The translations under genes and the position numbers were made by a program. Below, in pieces: positions 50,691 to 64,000 of a DNA stretch of 64,000 bases; the first letter of the stretch is position 1, and every line of letters begins with the position of its first letter. The stretch covers positions 310,001-374,000 of the forward strand of contig NOWV01000018.1 in NCBI GenBank assembly GCA_003344405.1. Direction: 5' to 3'. This stretch comes from Trichoplax sp. H2 (Eukaryota). Below the pieces are notes generated by a model. That model did no database searches. It saw nothing but the letters and a program-made list of their open reading frames with translations, and had not been told where the DNA came from.

Positions 50691-53652
50691 CTAGCGTATA
50701 AACGTAGAATAAATTAACAATACAAATAATTATAATTAGTGAATGTACTGATAGCATTAGTAACTATGATACGAGACTACTAATTTACTACAAATGCTCC
50801 AGTAATAATCGATCGGAAAATAGGAAAGAGCAGAATTTATCGTCTCGAAAAGAACCGCTGGCTATAATTTGACCATTAGCGATCATTGATTTGAAAGATT
50901 AATGATAATGAAGTCCATTTCAATTAGGATGCGATTTTTACATATAAGAACTGTATTTATAGAGTATATTTTACAGTATTAAAATTCCTAGAAAGGAAGG
51001 TTTCATAGATTAACCATTGAAGCGACATGCAAATCCTTAAATTCTATGTTCTATCCTATATATTAGTACGCATAGGGGTTTAGTTCATATTTGTTAGGGT
51101 CACTTCCGGTACATGTTCGTATTACAGCGAAATTTAGGAATGAGATTACGTGTTTCATATTTATAACTACTTTATAACTACTAAAGTTAGAATAGAAAAC
51201 TACAAAGATGAAGTGTATGTGTAAACTTTGTACGCAGGCTCCTATAAGCTCATTATCACATCTAAATACAAATACCCCTTATACGGTGTAAGGAATGCAC
51301 AATAAATGTTGGAGAAGAGTTTTCGAGTACCATATTTTATCTGGCATATCCATGTACACAGTAGAAATACCTTTGAAATCAAATTGAAAGACTGTAGCCC
51401 GTGATGAGAATTATATGCATTTATTATATGCGCCAAGTCTATGCTGTTGCTGTTTATAATCAACTAATTAAACCGTTCGCGAAGTGAATCTAACAGAAAT
51501 AATAAAGATTGCTTAACTATGGTAATTCAATAGCATTCCAGAAATATGAGAAATTTGAATAGATGCTACCGTAGAAAGAGCAATATGTAAGGTAAGAGGA
51601 ATTTATTGCAATACTTAGATCGCGCGAAATACATTAAATTTATATTTGATCCATTAAATATTTAATATATCTCTAGCAGGGGATGCATCGGTTTATTATA
51701 TCGATAAAGCATATTAAAGTTTCGAAATAGACTGACTGGTTCAACTAGTGCAGATATGTAATGTTGTAGTAAACCCGCAAGGCGATAAAACTAAAGCGGG
51801 AATACATCGAAAATGAATAACGGGATATACTGTGAAAACAGTACGATTGTGTAGATAGTAATGCGTTCAAGTAACATTTCACATTGCTACAAGAAAATAC
51901 GTTTATAAGCTGGATAAAGCTAGCCTAACTATTTGTAGTCATCTATTCCGTCGAAAGAATCGTTAGGCTACTATAATGTAATAGGATTCCCTTTTCAACT
52001 GTTACCCTACAGTTGCTATACAACACAGAATGATTCAATTATAGATGAGAATGTCATTATAATTTGAAAACGCTAATAGATATTAATTGTTATGGATCAA
52101 CCATCCGTTCACTTTATCTATTGTCGAATTCAGTATGATTAGAAGTAGATTTATACTGTGGTTTGAGTGATTTGGGCCTATGATATAATAATAGAAATTA
52201 TGAATTTTCAAAACTTTTTGCTTTATGAACTCTGCTCGTGTCTCTCGATAGCTAGTAGTATATTATTTCTCGTTGCACGCTACTACTTTAAGTGAATTAA
52301 TAAATATTTCTTTTCAGTGTGAATGCTTTTAGAGCGATAAAAAGCTACGATGATTATACCTTTTCCTTGCTGATTTGCCTTACTATTGCGGGGTAGGGTA
52401 CGAAACTGTTTGAAATTGTAAGAAAGCCCTTTATTTCTGACTAATTACAGAACTGATATGCGCGAGTTAGTATTTATCATCTATGGCTCCAGTGACGGGG
52501 CATAATAATTTGTAAATCGAAAGCCAATCTACTGGTTGAAATTTTAATTGTACTTGCATGTAGCAAAGAATTTGTTAAGAATTTCAATTTGAGATGACAT
52601 GAAAATCTACCCTGAAAGAATTAATGTTTACACTGTATAGGTTAGTTTAGGGATCTATGATAACGCATGTATGGTAAAGTACTGTTAGTACTACATAAAA
52701 CACTCAGACATAGCAATCACTACAAATGTGGCCTGCTGTAAAATGATTTGTTTTTAACCATCTACTCATTAGATTGTAATAGGTATGGTAATAAATAAAT
52801 GGAGATCTGAATAACTTAGACTCTAATTCACAAATTGTGAAGAAGGTACTGATTGCTATGTGATACACTCTACCGTGAAATACTATCAATGTACTGATGA
52901 CCTTAGAACTGGTTCTGAGATTTCAATATAGTTTAGTCATGATAATTGAAAGATCAAAAGAATTGTATGTTTAAGACTTTAATTACTTAGAATAGAGAAA
53001 TTTAGGCACTCTATTAATTGTAGTACTGTGCTAAAGGTAGAATGGGCTCTCTTTGCGGCAAATGGTCTAAATAGGAGTTTATTTCTACTCATCTATAATA
53101 TAAGGTATAAAATACATATTAATCGAAACCTAAAGGGTTTGAATTTCATTCAGACTTACATTTGTCGGAGAATTTCTGATACAGAAGATTTCTTCTTTCT
53201 TTTTCAAATTGTCTAATGCCATGTTCCAATACAATCACAATTTGACTATTCTCTTAATCAATTTCAAATCTACACTAGCACTATATATTATTCGAGGATA
53301 TACAGCATAGCACTGTTATCAAAGCTTACAGCAATTGCCGGTTGTAAAGTGGAAATCTAAGTCCAAAAAATATTGCTAGCTCAATTATATATCCATGAGC
53401 GCCACGATTTGACCGCGAAGTTGTGGTATGTTGTACTTCCTTGGTTATTTATAGTAGTGTCATGTAGAAATTGTTAGCATGACTTTAAAGAATTTTAATG
53501 ATAGCTTCCAATGTCCCAGTGCGGAAGAGAAGCGATAAAAGCATCTATAAATATTAATATCGCAATAAATCCCTATGTGCCCTTATGTAATATTTTCGCG
53601 AAGTATTTGGACGTATTATTACCAGTACTGTTTTATTGCTTTAGATAGATAG

Positions 53653-54998
53653 GATGAGAATAGAGTTTTAGAGTATCAACTATCAAAATTAGATCTTTAT
53701 CCACTATTTACGATATAGAGTGAACTGCGTGTGTTACTGTATTTAGAAATACTATTATTAATTCAATGCTTAATTAGGCCATTATTATCGAAACACAAGC
53801 CTTAAACACGATATCGTACAAATGCATGCTGCACGCGCAACAAAGTTAACAGTTAAAACAGATATGGATAAGGATTATTAACGTATCGTACATATGCTAA
53901 GATTGAAGTTTATAAGTTAACTAGTGCGATAATCCATCACTATTGCCGATGATACATACCCCTTCGTAGTTATATACAGTAATACTTCGTATTAGAATTT
54001 AAATAATGCTATTTCAGCACTGAAAACATTATATATTCCTGCTTCAGTAGCCCTGTAAAAATGCTGTGTATTTGTTCCCTCCGTAAATAGAAAGAAAACT
54101 TAGTTGTTGCTAATTATAATTATAAGTACAATTGCAGAATGCTACCGGCGCGTATGTGAGAAAACACTGGAAGACTTCTGTTTGAACAAAAAAGTATCAT
54201 GGCACATTATAAGAGTAACATAGTAGGCAGTAATCGACCGAAGGCCGATCATTGATTAAGTGTTTGAGCAGCGATAACCGTTATATACTACACGTAATTT
54301 ACGTTACTAGTTGGGCACTTATATGCTGTTGTAGTGATGCACCCATATTTGATTATATGGATAGCTATATTTGATATAGTTAGGTTATTTTAAATAGATC
54401 CAAACTCCCGTCGCTTTGCTGACGGTTTAAGATAATGTTTCCATTTGTTAATAATGACGGTGATGGACATACAGTACCAAGTTAAGATTAGCAGGCACAG
54501 TACAGTACAGTACTGTAAGATATCTATCTACAGTGCGGCACAATGTCCTTAGTACTGTAGTCAATTCTATACCAATCATTATAATGTGTCTAAGGATCGC
54601 TTGCGTACGCAAGCAAAGCTTACTCTGTCAATAACAACCGTTATAAGAAAATGTAACAATCAAAATGGCTGTGTAGAAAACTTTATAAAGATTCTATGTT
54701 TATTTTAATTTTCATCAGAGCATTACATCAAATCAAAATTGAAAGGCCCAGTGGCCACCCTTAGCGATATAACGAATACTATTTCAAAATTCAGTACTCT
54801 GTAGAAATTACTACCTTACTTGTTGGTGCTCATAGCAGAAAGTCTACGTATTGTGTTACTGCCATTTTCTTGGCCGCATACTTACGTTCCATTGTTGCCT
54901 CTATCGCTTTCCGATTATTTGGAGAATCCATTGCCTTATATTATTGGGGTCATCGTCCGGAATGAAAAGGAACATTTCAAAGTATTATCAGTAGCAAG
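53653..54998 (+). pseudogene. DENN-domain (Rab GEF-like) gene remnant
   Basis: 54805-54998 YLLVLIAESLRIVLLPFSWPHTYVPLLPLSLSDYLENPLPYIIGV is the classic core-DENN motif (LLxPFxWxHxYVPxLP..L..P.PY..G). 53653-53739 reads DENRVLEYQLSKLDLYPLFTI*SELRVLL, the preceding DENN segment, with in-frame TAG at 53716. Truncated by an N gap. Confidence 0.7.
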
Positions 54999-55279
54999 NN
55001 NNNNNNNNNNNNNNNNNNTGGTCAATTCTATACCAATCATTATAATGTGTCTAAGGATCGCTTGCGTTTGCAAGCAAAGCTTGCTCTGTCAATAACAACC
55101 GTTATAAGAAAATGTAACAATCAAAATGGCTGTGTAGAAAACTTTATAAAGATTCTATGTTTATTCAATTCTCATAAGAGCATTACATCAAATCAAAATT
55201 GAAAGGCCCAGTGGCCACACTTAGCGATATAACAAATGCTATTTCAAAATTCAGTACTCTGTAGAAATTACTACCTTAG
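54561..55279. repeat. ~260-bp direct duplication flanking an assembly gap
   Basis: 54561-54818 is near-identical to 55022-55279 (GTCAATTCTATACCAATC...GTAGAAATTACTACCTTA). N run at 54999-55018. Confidence 0.9.
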
Positions 55280-58200
55280 AGCTATTCGTTTTACATGAAG
55301 AAATCTTGAGGTAAAAAGTACTGTAAGAATCTTATACTGACCTATTGAAATGAACCCATAATCAAAGTCATCTAACAGTAGTATAAATACCCCCCTCCCG
55401 CGCTGCTCGTTTCAAAGGAGGGTTGGCGGGATTATCATGAAGTTAATTTTAGATAATTGCTAACTACTACATATATTAGAAATTGTTGATGACTAATAGT
55501 AGCCAGTTGACTAATTATGGTACAAGATTTATGTAGCTAGAAATACTGTAGTTGTTAAGATGCCCTTCGGAGAAATGGCCTAGACGCTAATAGAAGAGTG
55601 GTGACGTCTTAAGTAGAATGATTTAGATTGTAGAAAATAGTGATCTACTATTAGAGGAAAGTATTTTGTTTGATGACTCATGTCTGATTGTAGATTAATC
55701 AAGTTGCATAAATGGATTTAACGAAATGTTTATAAGAACTGCAGAGATGAGCTCAATGAAGAGAAGAGACTTCACTTCGCTTTGAACTCGGAATACTTTC
55801 GATTTTTGACTAGATTCTTGTAGTAATAATTTTTGCTCTACTATTCCTAAAACCTTGTAATAAAAGCCTATTAGAAAATACTATTTGACCAAGATAGTTA
55901 TTGTGAGACGCATTTATTACAGCTGTATACCGTCATAAATGACTAATATTCCAAAACTACAGTAATCGGATAATCGCCGTTTATCAATTCGGACGCAGAC
56001 GTATGCAAGCACGCACTTACCATACGTAGTTAACTCCGTTTAGTTAATTAATAACACGTGCATATTAAACACTGTACAGTGTATAGTATATAAAGTACTT
56101 GTGTGGCTGCATCAGTAGCCACTTTTTTTAGTATATAGCATTGCATTTGCGGCGACCCTCTAAATGATCCAGGTTACACTATGACTGCAATCCTCTAGGG
56201 TGTACTGTAAGTAGTAGGTGAAAATTGAAATTTAACTCACTAGTCGTGGGACCTGAGTGTATGCATTCGACTTTTGGCGGATTCTGATTATTTCAATTAG
56301 CAACTCCGAGAAAATTATTTATTAAATTATGGTACATAGCAGGTAAAAATGTAAAATTAAAAGTTAAGCTGAATATTTATTTCTTGTGATTTGTACTCTT
56401 TCCCTTAAACTTTTAATAGGCGATTGAATCGACGGCAGGTGATTCGACCAGTTAACCTTCTGTAAACACTGGAATGAAAATTAGTTTCAAAAGTAGATCT
56501 TACAATCTACAAACTCTTAAAAGTGCGATCTATGTCATGTCACAACATTTTGCACTTTTTCCAAGCTCAATCACAGCTCGATCAGGTCTTTTTCCCCTTG
56601 AGATTTATGGATAGTGATTGCCCATGTTCGATCGAATAAAACTGATCAAAATCGATCTCAAAGACTTTCGCTAATGCTACATGGAGATCTTTGTGAATGA
56701 CTACCAAATACTTTATCTGAGGAGGGTAGTTTACTAATTTTGTAGTATAACTAAATTAAGAATAATTATATTAGCAGATTATCTTTCAGAAGTTTCGGTG
56801 ATTGTGCAAACAATTGATTGTATTACTACACCGTTTCTCGAATATGAAGGTACTGTAGTTGTAGTTATATAAAATAACTTCTCGTATTTACGTACAAATT
56901 CACTTATCAAGTATTCATGAATAGTTCTCTTACAATAATTAGCTACTCTAGTAAGGGTAAATCGATCAATTACTATACTATTTAATTTAGAAAGATATCC
57001 TCGTAAATTTCGCAAGGATTGCTTTCAATCTTCAAAGAGGCTACTTTTTCATGATATTCTCATTTCAGATTTCATATTACTGGATTTCACAGCAATCATC
57101 TGTTACGATGCGTAAGCTCACCCTAATTATTGAGTAATATTAAATATTATTTGTGTGGACTGACGTTTTATTAATTATCATTTCTTTACATAATCTGTTT
57201 AATCTTTGATTAATATGATAATGCACTGTTAGTGTTGTTGACAATTGATTTCATTAATTAAGAACTAATAATAAATTAATAAAGAGCTTGACTCGTAAAC
57301 ACAAGACCACAATTTAACACCTTAATCATATAATTAATAATAGAGGATGTTAATTAGTTATCTTATATGCAGTCTTTAAAGATAATATTCATAATAATTC
57401 CTATAACTTTAGAAGGATAATTTTTCTTTATGTGCACCAGGAGTTTCTGACGAGACTATAAAAGGCTGGTGCCTGAAGACCGCTTTTTAGTTAGTTAGTC
57501 GGTTAGATAATCAACTAGTTTATCAATTGCTATTGAATTGTAAAGGCTATAATCTTGGGTGTCAAGATTTCTTTGGTAATAAATAGTAGTAAATCTCTGA
57601 CTACCTCGTCTACACTATCAGTGACGCTATAATTATACTATAGTATTCGGTCGTTGGAACTGAATTATTTGGTGATATAGCTAATCTCGCCTCTTTAAGT
57701 CAGTAAGTGGCATTCTCCGCGAGGATTGGCGTGTGTAGACTACTTTGCCACTAGTGGTGTGTGACATCATTACCAAGATAAAGTTCTATTTTTATTGATT
57801 AATAGTTTAGAATACACAGTATTGAAGACCAGCTACCGAATAGAAGTACCGTAATTGCAATGCTGTACTTGCTGACTTTCGAATTTTTTTAGTCGTAAAG
57901 CAGTACTACTTGGCCTTTCATTGTACTTCATTGATTCTCTTGATGGATCTAGAATAGAGAGTTTAAAAATAGGATCTCGCAGTATGGTATTATTATGTAA
58001 TAAGCTGGACTAGCATATTTACAAAAGCATTCAAATTTATTGCAAGTAGCTTCAAAAGATCGTGACTGAAAGAAAGGCTACAAAAACACAGGACCTGGAC
58101 TTACGTCTTATAGAACATCATTACAATCCAGCCTTCAAACGGGATATAACGTTTATCATTAATACAGTATAAATTTCGTAGGCTAGGCTATCTTCGAGTA

Positions 58201-59647
58201 AATTTCTGGTAGATTTAACTTAAATGGTGGAACAGATAACGAAATAATCGGTGAAGTGTTTATAAACTTACTTTCTTAACCTTAACTTCTAATGAACCTT
58301 AGCTTTGCTTCTAGGTATTGATTAGGTAGATGAATAAATGGCTGATTATAAAAGAGCGAAAATTTATAATTACTTTAATAACTATGAGCTAATGGTATTC
58401 ATATAAAATAAATCCTATTGTACTCAGTGATTTATTGGATAATGAATAAGAAGTACACTGGTAGCAGTTCATACGAGATCATGCTAGGATCTTTCATCTC
58501 GATTAAAATTTTATAATCATCCGGATAAATTCGATAAATACCGAGATATCATACCCACCAGCAAGTGTTTCAGGTTATCCAATGCTAATATATCATACAA
58601 CCTATTATATTTGTTAATTCCAATATATTGCAGTATTTGTGTACGTTTTCGTTTGATTTAAGACCTCACTTTTTGTGTATCATTGTGTATTTTACATTGG
58701 TCTTATAAGAATCTACATCTTATTGTGATCACAAGATAGGTACTGTATATAGATTGCTACATGTACAACAAAAAATTTATTTCATTCCCTTTACTTACTA
58801 AACATTTACCCAGTGATACGTATGATGCTACAATATGTAACAAAATCTATAAATTCATATCTAATAATCGACCAACGGTCTATTTGTCAGTCGAAGAAAT
58901 TCGACATCTGTCATCTTATAAATCGGGAGTAGAAAACCATAGAATAGTTAGTATTTATGGATGAAACTAGGGTTATAATAGTTTATGGCACTTATTCAAG
59001 TTTATTTAGTGAAAGTAGAGCAAAATGACTAGATTACGGATATACGAATACTGCACTAATTTCTAAATGAAAAGATTTATGGCTTGCTGCATGGAGGGAG
59101 TTTAAGATGTCGGAATATGTTGTTATCTTGATTATAACTTTATTTACGTTGATGGAACTATAGTCTGTCTGTAATTACGATAGTAATTAATTAATTGAAA
59201 ATAGTCAAGCTTCTTTACGCAATTGAAACTGATGTCAGTATTCACTTGTACGAGTACAATCATGTTTTACTTGTTTTCTATTACCAGTACTTGGTTGATC
59301 AGACAGCATTGTTTCATGCAGTATTTTATATCAAATTTTAGAAATTATTATTAACTTACACTGGAACTGGACCTTTAAATGATGCATAAATACGATTTGT
59401 ATTGAATGCTATGCACAAGATTAAAGAAATGGATTATTATCTTAAATAGATTAAATTTTATGAGACTGATCATCGGCAACGTAGTTTCGGTATATAGAAG
59501 AAATTCAAACGATAAGTATTGTATTTATTCGGCAAGAATTGATAACTAACTCTTTAAGTTCACCGACGGGGAATCTATTACAATATCATGCATCAGAACT
59601 GATAGCAAAACTCTATTAACAGCTACTCTTAGTCAGTGTGATTAGCA

Positions 59648-61556
59648 ATGGCTGCAAGTCAATGTTCGATGCCATCAAAGGTAATATATCTAAAGGGTAA
59701 ATTTCATTTTAATTTAATCATTGCAACCACTATTATAAGATGAGATTTATGAATATTAAAGCTTTCTTCAGTTTTAATTGTATACCATAAAATCTTATAG
59801 TAATAATTCTACTTTGGATAAAATTTTATGCGGTAGAAATCTAAAACCTTCGTATTAACATACGATAAATCATTTTAAACCAAAAGTTTTGCCACCGCGA
59901 CAGCTTTACTGTTATAACTTATTTATACCAAGTTTTGATTTTAGATCGTTATTACGGTAATTTGTTCAAACTGTCTACCATTTTTCTAGACGGAATCTGT
60001 TGCAAATGCAAATTCAGCTCAACCAAATTTTATGCCATATAATGAGGGTGATAATGCTAGCGGAAACGCAGCTAAAGTTAACCTTAAGGGCGCAAACGGT
60101 AAAGGTAAAGATGTATCCGTTAGTACTATCTATTTATTATTATGAAATAGTTCCGTGCAGTTCATTTAAAGATTAGATTCACAACGTAAGACAGCTGAAT
60201 ATTTGGCATAGTTCTGGTGATTTCTAATTAATTCATACTACGAGTAGATCGATGAAAACTCTAAAATCGTCAATTTTACGATATCATACAAACTCGTAGA
60301 AGTAGCTGTAACGCCATACCATGGTAGCATAATTTTTTCTGCTGGGTCTTAATCAATAAAATAAAGAGCAGCAAACAGAATCAATGGATAGAGACGTTTG
60401 GATACTTTAGGATATAAATTGCAGCTGGAAATTTCCCCATTTTTTATTTCTTATTAATAACTAGCAAACAATGAACGCTATCTGGGCCTGTTTTTGAATG
60501 TTTTTTATTTTATAACTTGTAGGTACAACAAAGAAGCAGACCTTGAAGTTAACTATGAAGAGACCAAAAAATTCACGTTCAGTCACCGCATCTAGTTCTA
60601 GACTAAAAAATTGTGGAGTAGAAAGTAAATATCAGGAAAGCCATAAGCAATTAAGTGACTTTTATCGATATCTAAGAAGTGTTGGACGACCACATGGGTT
60701 CGCTAAAAATATTGTTAATTCTGTCAATAAGTATTTATTTTGGGCGTGCAAAGGTCAAGAGTTAACATGGTTACCTATAACCGAGTGCGAAAAGATAAAG
60801 CGCTATGTAGATGTACTACAAAAACATGCTTGTTTAAGTGAATGCAGCATTTGTAGTTTTATCACCAGCATCGAGCGTGCAAGACAATTTGCTGAATATC
60901 GTAAACTTGTAGGAAAAATTGATTGTAAAGAGGTTATGTTTCTAGCTGATTTACTTGCCCATTTCAGATCTTTACGGAAACTACGACTTGCTAACCGTAA
61001 AAAATGTAAAAATTACGGTAGTAAACCATCTTTTGTTGATCCGGCTGATTTGTCGAGAGTAGTAAATAACGCTGATTATCGTGAGCGATTTGATGAATTA
61101 GCAACTTACGCCAAAGCAATTGTTGAGTTAAAATCATGGAAAACCTTCGATCGAAGAAACTTCACCTTTTGTTTGAGATATATAATAGCGAGATTACTCC
61201 TAGAGTCTAAACCGAAGCTATCCACAATTTGTAATATGACATTTTCTGACATAGAAACCTGTAAAGGTACCATAGATGATCCGGAATCTAAAATAAAAAT
61301 TATTGTAGCCGATCGAAAATTTTCAAAACTAGACAAGGCTACCTTAATAGTCTCTGGTGACACTAAGCAAACGCTGGTTAATTTTGCTCATTTCATCCGT
61401 AGAGTGGTACCGAAGGTTTTAAAGGAAACGCGCGCATTGGTATTCACTAACAGCAGCGGTAGGAAGCTTACTCCATCACAAATTAGTAAGCATATGTGTC
61501 AGTATACCTCACCTGAATCATCCGATAACGCGAAAGAAGCATCCAAAGATGAATAA
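59648..61556 (+). CDS. Tyrosine-recombinase (phage-integrase/Crypton-like)-derived protein, 3 exons, apparently catalytically inactive
   Basis: Exon 1 59648-59680 (MAASQCSMPSK|GT), exon 2 59990-60098 or 60104, and exon 3 60523-61556 join in frame (phases 0 and 1). The protein has an integrase core-binding-like segment (LSDFYRYLRSVGRPHGFAKNIVNSVNKYL..IKRYVDVLQKH..SICSFITSIERARQF) and a catalytic-domain-like segment (RYIIARLLLESKPKLSTICNMTFSDI..IIVADRKF..FIR..VFTNSSGRKLTPSQISK). The ORF ends before box II. Confidence 0.72.
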
Positions 61557-62804
61557 TTTGAAAGTATGGCAACGACCAAAAGCATAGCGGATCATTTAAT
61601 TGTATACTCTTGACTATAGCATATTGCTCCTTGTTACCATGATAACTGTTGCTATGTTATCTTTAACAAATTTATTTGAGTACGGTTTAACCAGAAGGAT
61701 TACTGTTAAATACAATATTTGCGATCAGCACTTTATGTAAAGTTTAGCTAGTTTAATAATGGCTACCATGGTATTTTGCTACAGTAGATAACTACTTTGG
61801 TCTAAAATGCCTCAACGGCATTATTCTTGTGAAATTCATGTTTTACATTACTTTATTCAATTATAACTTCTCAAATTTCGTAATTTCTAATCTCTTTTGC
61901 AAAGCGATACAGGCCTATTCAATTTTATTTATGAAATTCTATTAAAATCAGGATACTAATAAGCCGAATTGGTCTAAAGCGAAACCTTTTAAGAGTTTTA
62001 GCTGTAACAGTTAATTCTTTGTTGGGATTACGGTCATATTAAATTTACATATCTTTTCGAGATTAACAATAAATAACTTTGACAAAAAGTTGATTGAAAG
62101 GGTATTTTATAAGCTGTTTAATCAGTGGTGAAAGACTTACACCTAATCAAGTGCTTGTTATAAATTTTTTTGTGTTTGTAGTTTAGAATTGATACGTATA
62201 AATATATGAGAATATCATAAAAAATGTATACATAGAGTAAGGTCTAAATTTTAATTTCGTTATTACGTTTCAGTGAATAATAAAGAAAGCATGAATGACG
62301 CCCATACCATAATATGCTAAGAAGGTCATGGCCGAGTTTAGAATAAAATTAGGGATAAATGTAGTGTCTATGTAACTACTACAACAGTAATTAACTATTA
62401 AAGACCAACAATTGATCTGAGGAAATACCTTTCATCACTTTCATTTTTTACTGTTAATTAAGAATTTATTTTATATTTCCCATATTGACAGAATGATCAC
62501 TAAATAGCTCTTTATTTATTATTTCATTAGAGTGCGGTTTTAACGCACGTGTAGAACTAACATGACAATCTAATTAATGAATATCTTCATCTGCATCTTT
62601 TATTCTATCTTAGCTACTGATACAGTACCATATTATCCACTTTATTGAAAAAAAACAATATCTGAAACTTGCTTAAATGCATTCATTATTACAATATAAC
62701 TAATAACTGTGCATTGAGGATTGCAGTGTGGGTAGAATAATTGATTGCAAAGTTATCTTGATCAGTTACACTGATTGATGAAACTACCATCCACATACCA
62801 CTAA

Positions 62805-64000
62805 TTACATTCTTCTATTAGACGTGAAATATATTGCTAATACCGATATTGCCTGAAAGATAAAAGGCGATACTAATTCAACTTTGTGAAACCTACAAAA
62901 ATCTCCTTTTCGTTTAACCTATCATTCGAAAATACTTACCAATATTAGTTCTAGTATGTATGAAAGCAAACTGAGGTCTCCCGTATAAATTTTTTCAAAA
63001 TTGGCCAGAGTAACACAATCGAAAAGGATGGATATTAAGAAATTGCCATAAATTTCGAACCTATACATGGAGCGATCAAATCGACGTAAGTCTATATAAA
63101 TTCACCATTTCAATAGATTGTAATGAACTTTACTTAATATTCATAAATGGCTTGGCATTATCACGGCTGGAAGCTGAAATGTTCGATGATTGCCAATCAT
63201 TTTGAAGAAGAGGCATAGATGAGCCAATAATTCCACCGTAAATGACGAGAATGGGAGCAACTACACCTAAATAGAATTCGCTACCTTGAACCAACCAACA
63301 GCTTCAAACAAGCAAAAATAGAAATTATATAAACATTTGTACAACGTGCATTGTAGTTAAGTATATCTTGAATAGTAAACTATGGCAATAATACAGCAAA
63401 TTAAAGCCAACTAAGCATTATTTCAGGACTATGACGTTATTAGATAATCGACAAGAGCCGTGAGCCGTCAATAAAATCTTACAATCGACCGACACCAAAG
63501 CTATCTTTGCCTATGGTGGCCGTTAAAATGGTCATCAAACCAGGTAAGCCTTAAAGATAAAACAGGGCGCAAAGTCTATTGAGATCATTATATTCTGGAA
63601 AGGTTTCCCTAATTAAAGAGAAAATATTAGGCCTACCGTAGACAATGACAAAAAACCAAGACCATCTCTTCAAAGAGCTAGCTTGCAATAGCTGGAACGA
63701 AATGGAACTAACTTCATTAACGGTCCAAAGCATAGAGGTGATACTAATAAGGCAAAAGTATTGAGCGAAAAATCCGGTTATTCTGCACGCTACCTAAAAA
63801 AAAATCGAAGCAAAAAATTTCGTACACAAACAGCGGATAAAATTGCGTTGTATCAACGTGATGGTAAATGGAAGTAATTGTAATAGAAATTGTATTGTTT
63901 TGTCTCTTACCGAATTAATATCGAGTGTACTGTCGTATTGATCAATACCAAAAGCAAATACGATTTGCATAACAAGCAAAGCAACAGTAGTATTAATGTG
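62805..64000 (-). CDS. 3' part (TM2-TM7) of a family-B/adhesion-type 7TM GPCR; gene continues beyond the window
   Basis: Spliced exons: HINTTVALLVMQIVFAFGIDQ (TM2); VACRITGFFAQYFCLISITSMLW (TM3); FFVIVYG|LPGLMTILTATI (TM4); GRF|CWL (ECL2 Cys-Trp-Leu); GVVAPILVIYGGII (TM5); GNFLISILF; SYILELIL|AISVLAIYF. Stop at 62805 is tentative; a further small exon near 62575-62604 is possible. Confidence 0.8.

Noticed and set aside
55390-55432. GC-rich possible hairpin (TCCCGC..GCGGGA) as a Helitron end or ncRNA
   Set aside because: The stem is short and imperfect, there is no clear CTRR end, and I found no second copy.
61106-61363. 85-aa minus-strand ORF
   Set aside because: Antisense shadow of the recombinase-like exon.

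Overview
AT-rich (roughly one-third GC by eye) animal genomic DNA with many short GT-AG introns and two N gaps. The style is consistent with a compact early-branching metazoan such as a placozoan, but this is inference only. Most ORF-track entries are single exons or noise, so I spliced the genes by hand. The window holds: (1) a very divergent importin-beta-like gene (+, ~354-5670); (2) three divergent importin-alpha-like ARM-repeat paralogs (-, ~16.2-21.1 kb, ~36.5-40.8 kb, ~46.5-50.7 kb) plus two fragments, all lacking the NLS-binding Trp/Asn array in the repeats I could align; (3) an intact 13-exon PLAT+lipoxygenase gene (-, 24067-28732) and a pseudogene paralog that has lost its catalytic core (-, 9205-12394); (4) a decayed DENN-domain gene; (5) a three-exon gene for an apparently catalytically dead, Crypton-like tyrosine recombinase (+, 59648-61556); (6) the 3' end of a family-B/adhesion-type 7TM GPCR; (7) MITEs, a ~170-bp tandem repeat and a recent ~1.47-kb tandem segmental duplication. 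The best candidates for something undescribed are the divergent karyopherin alpha/beta cluster and the domesticated recombinase. Family assignments rest on remembered consensus sequences, not database searches.
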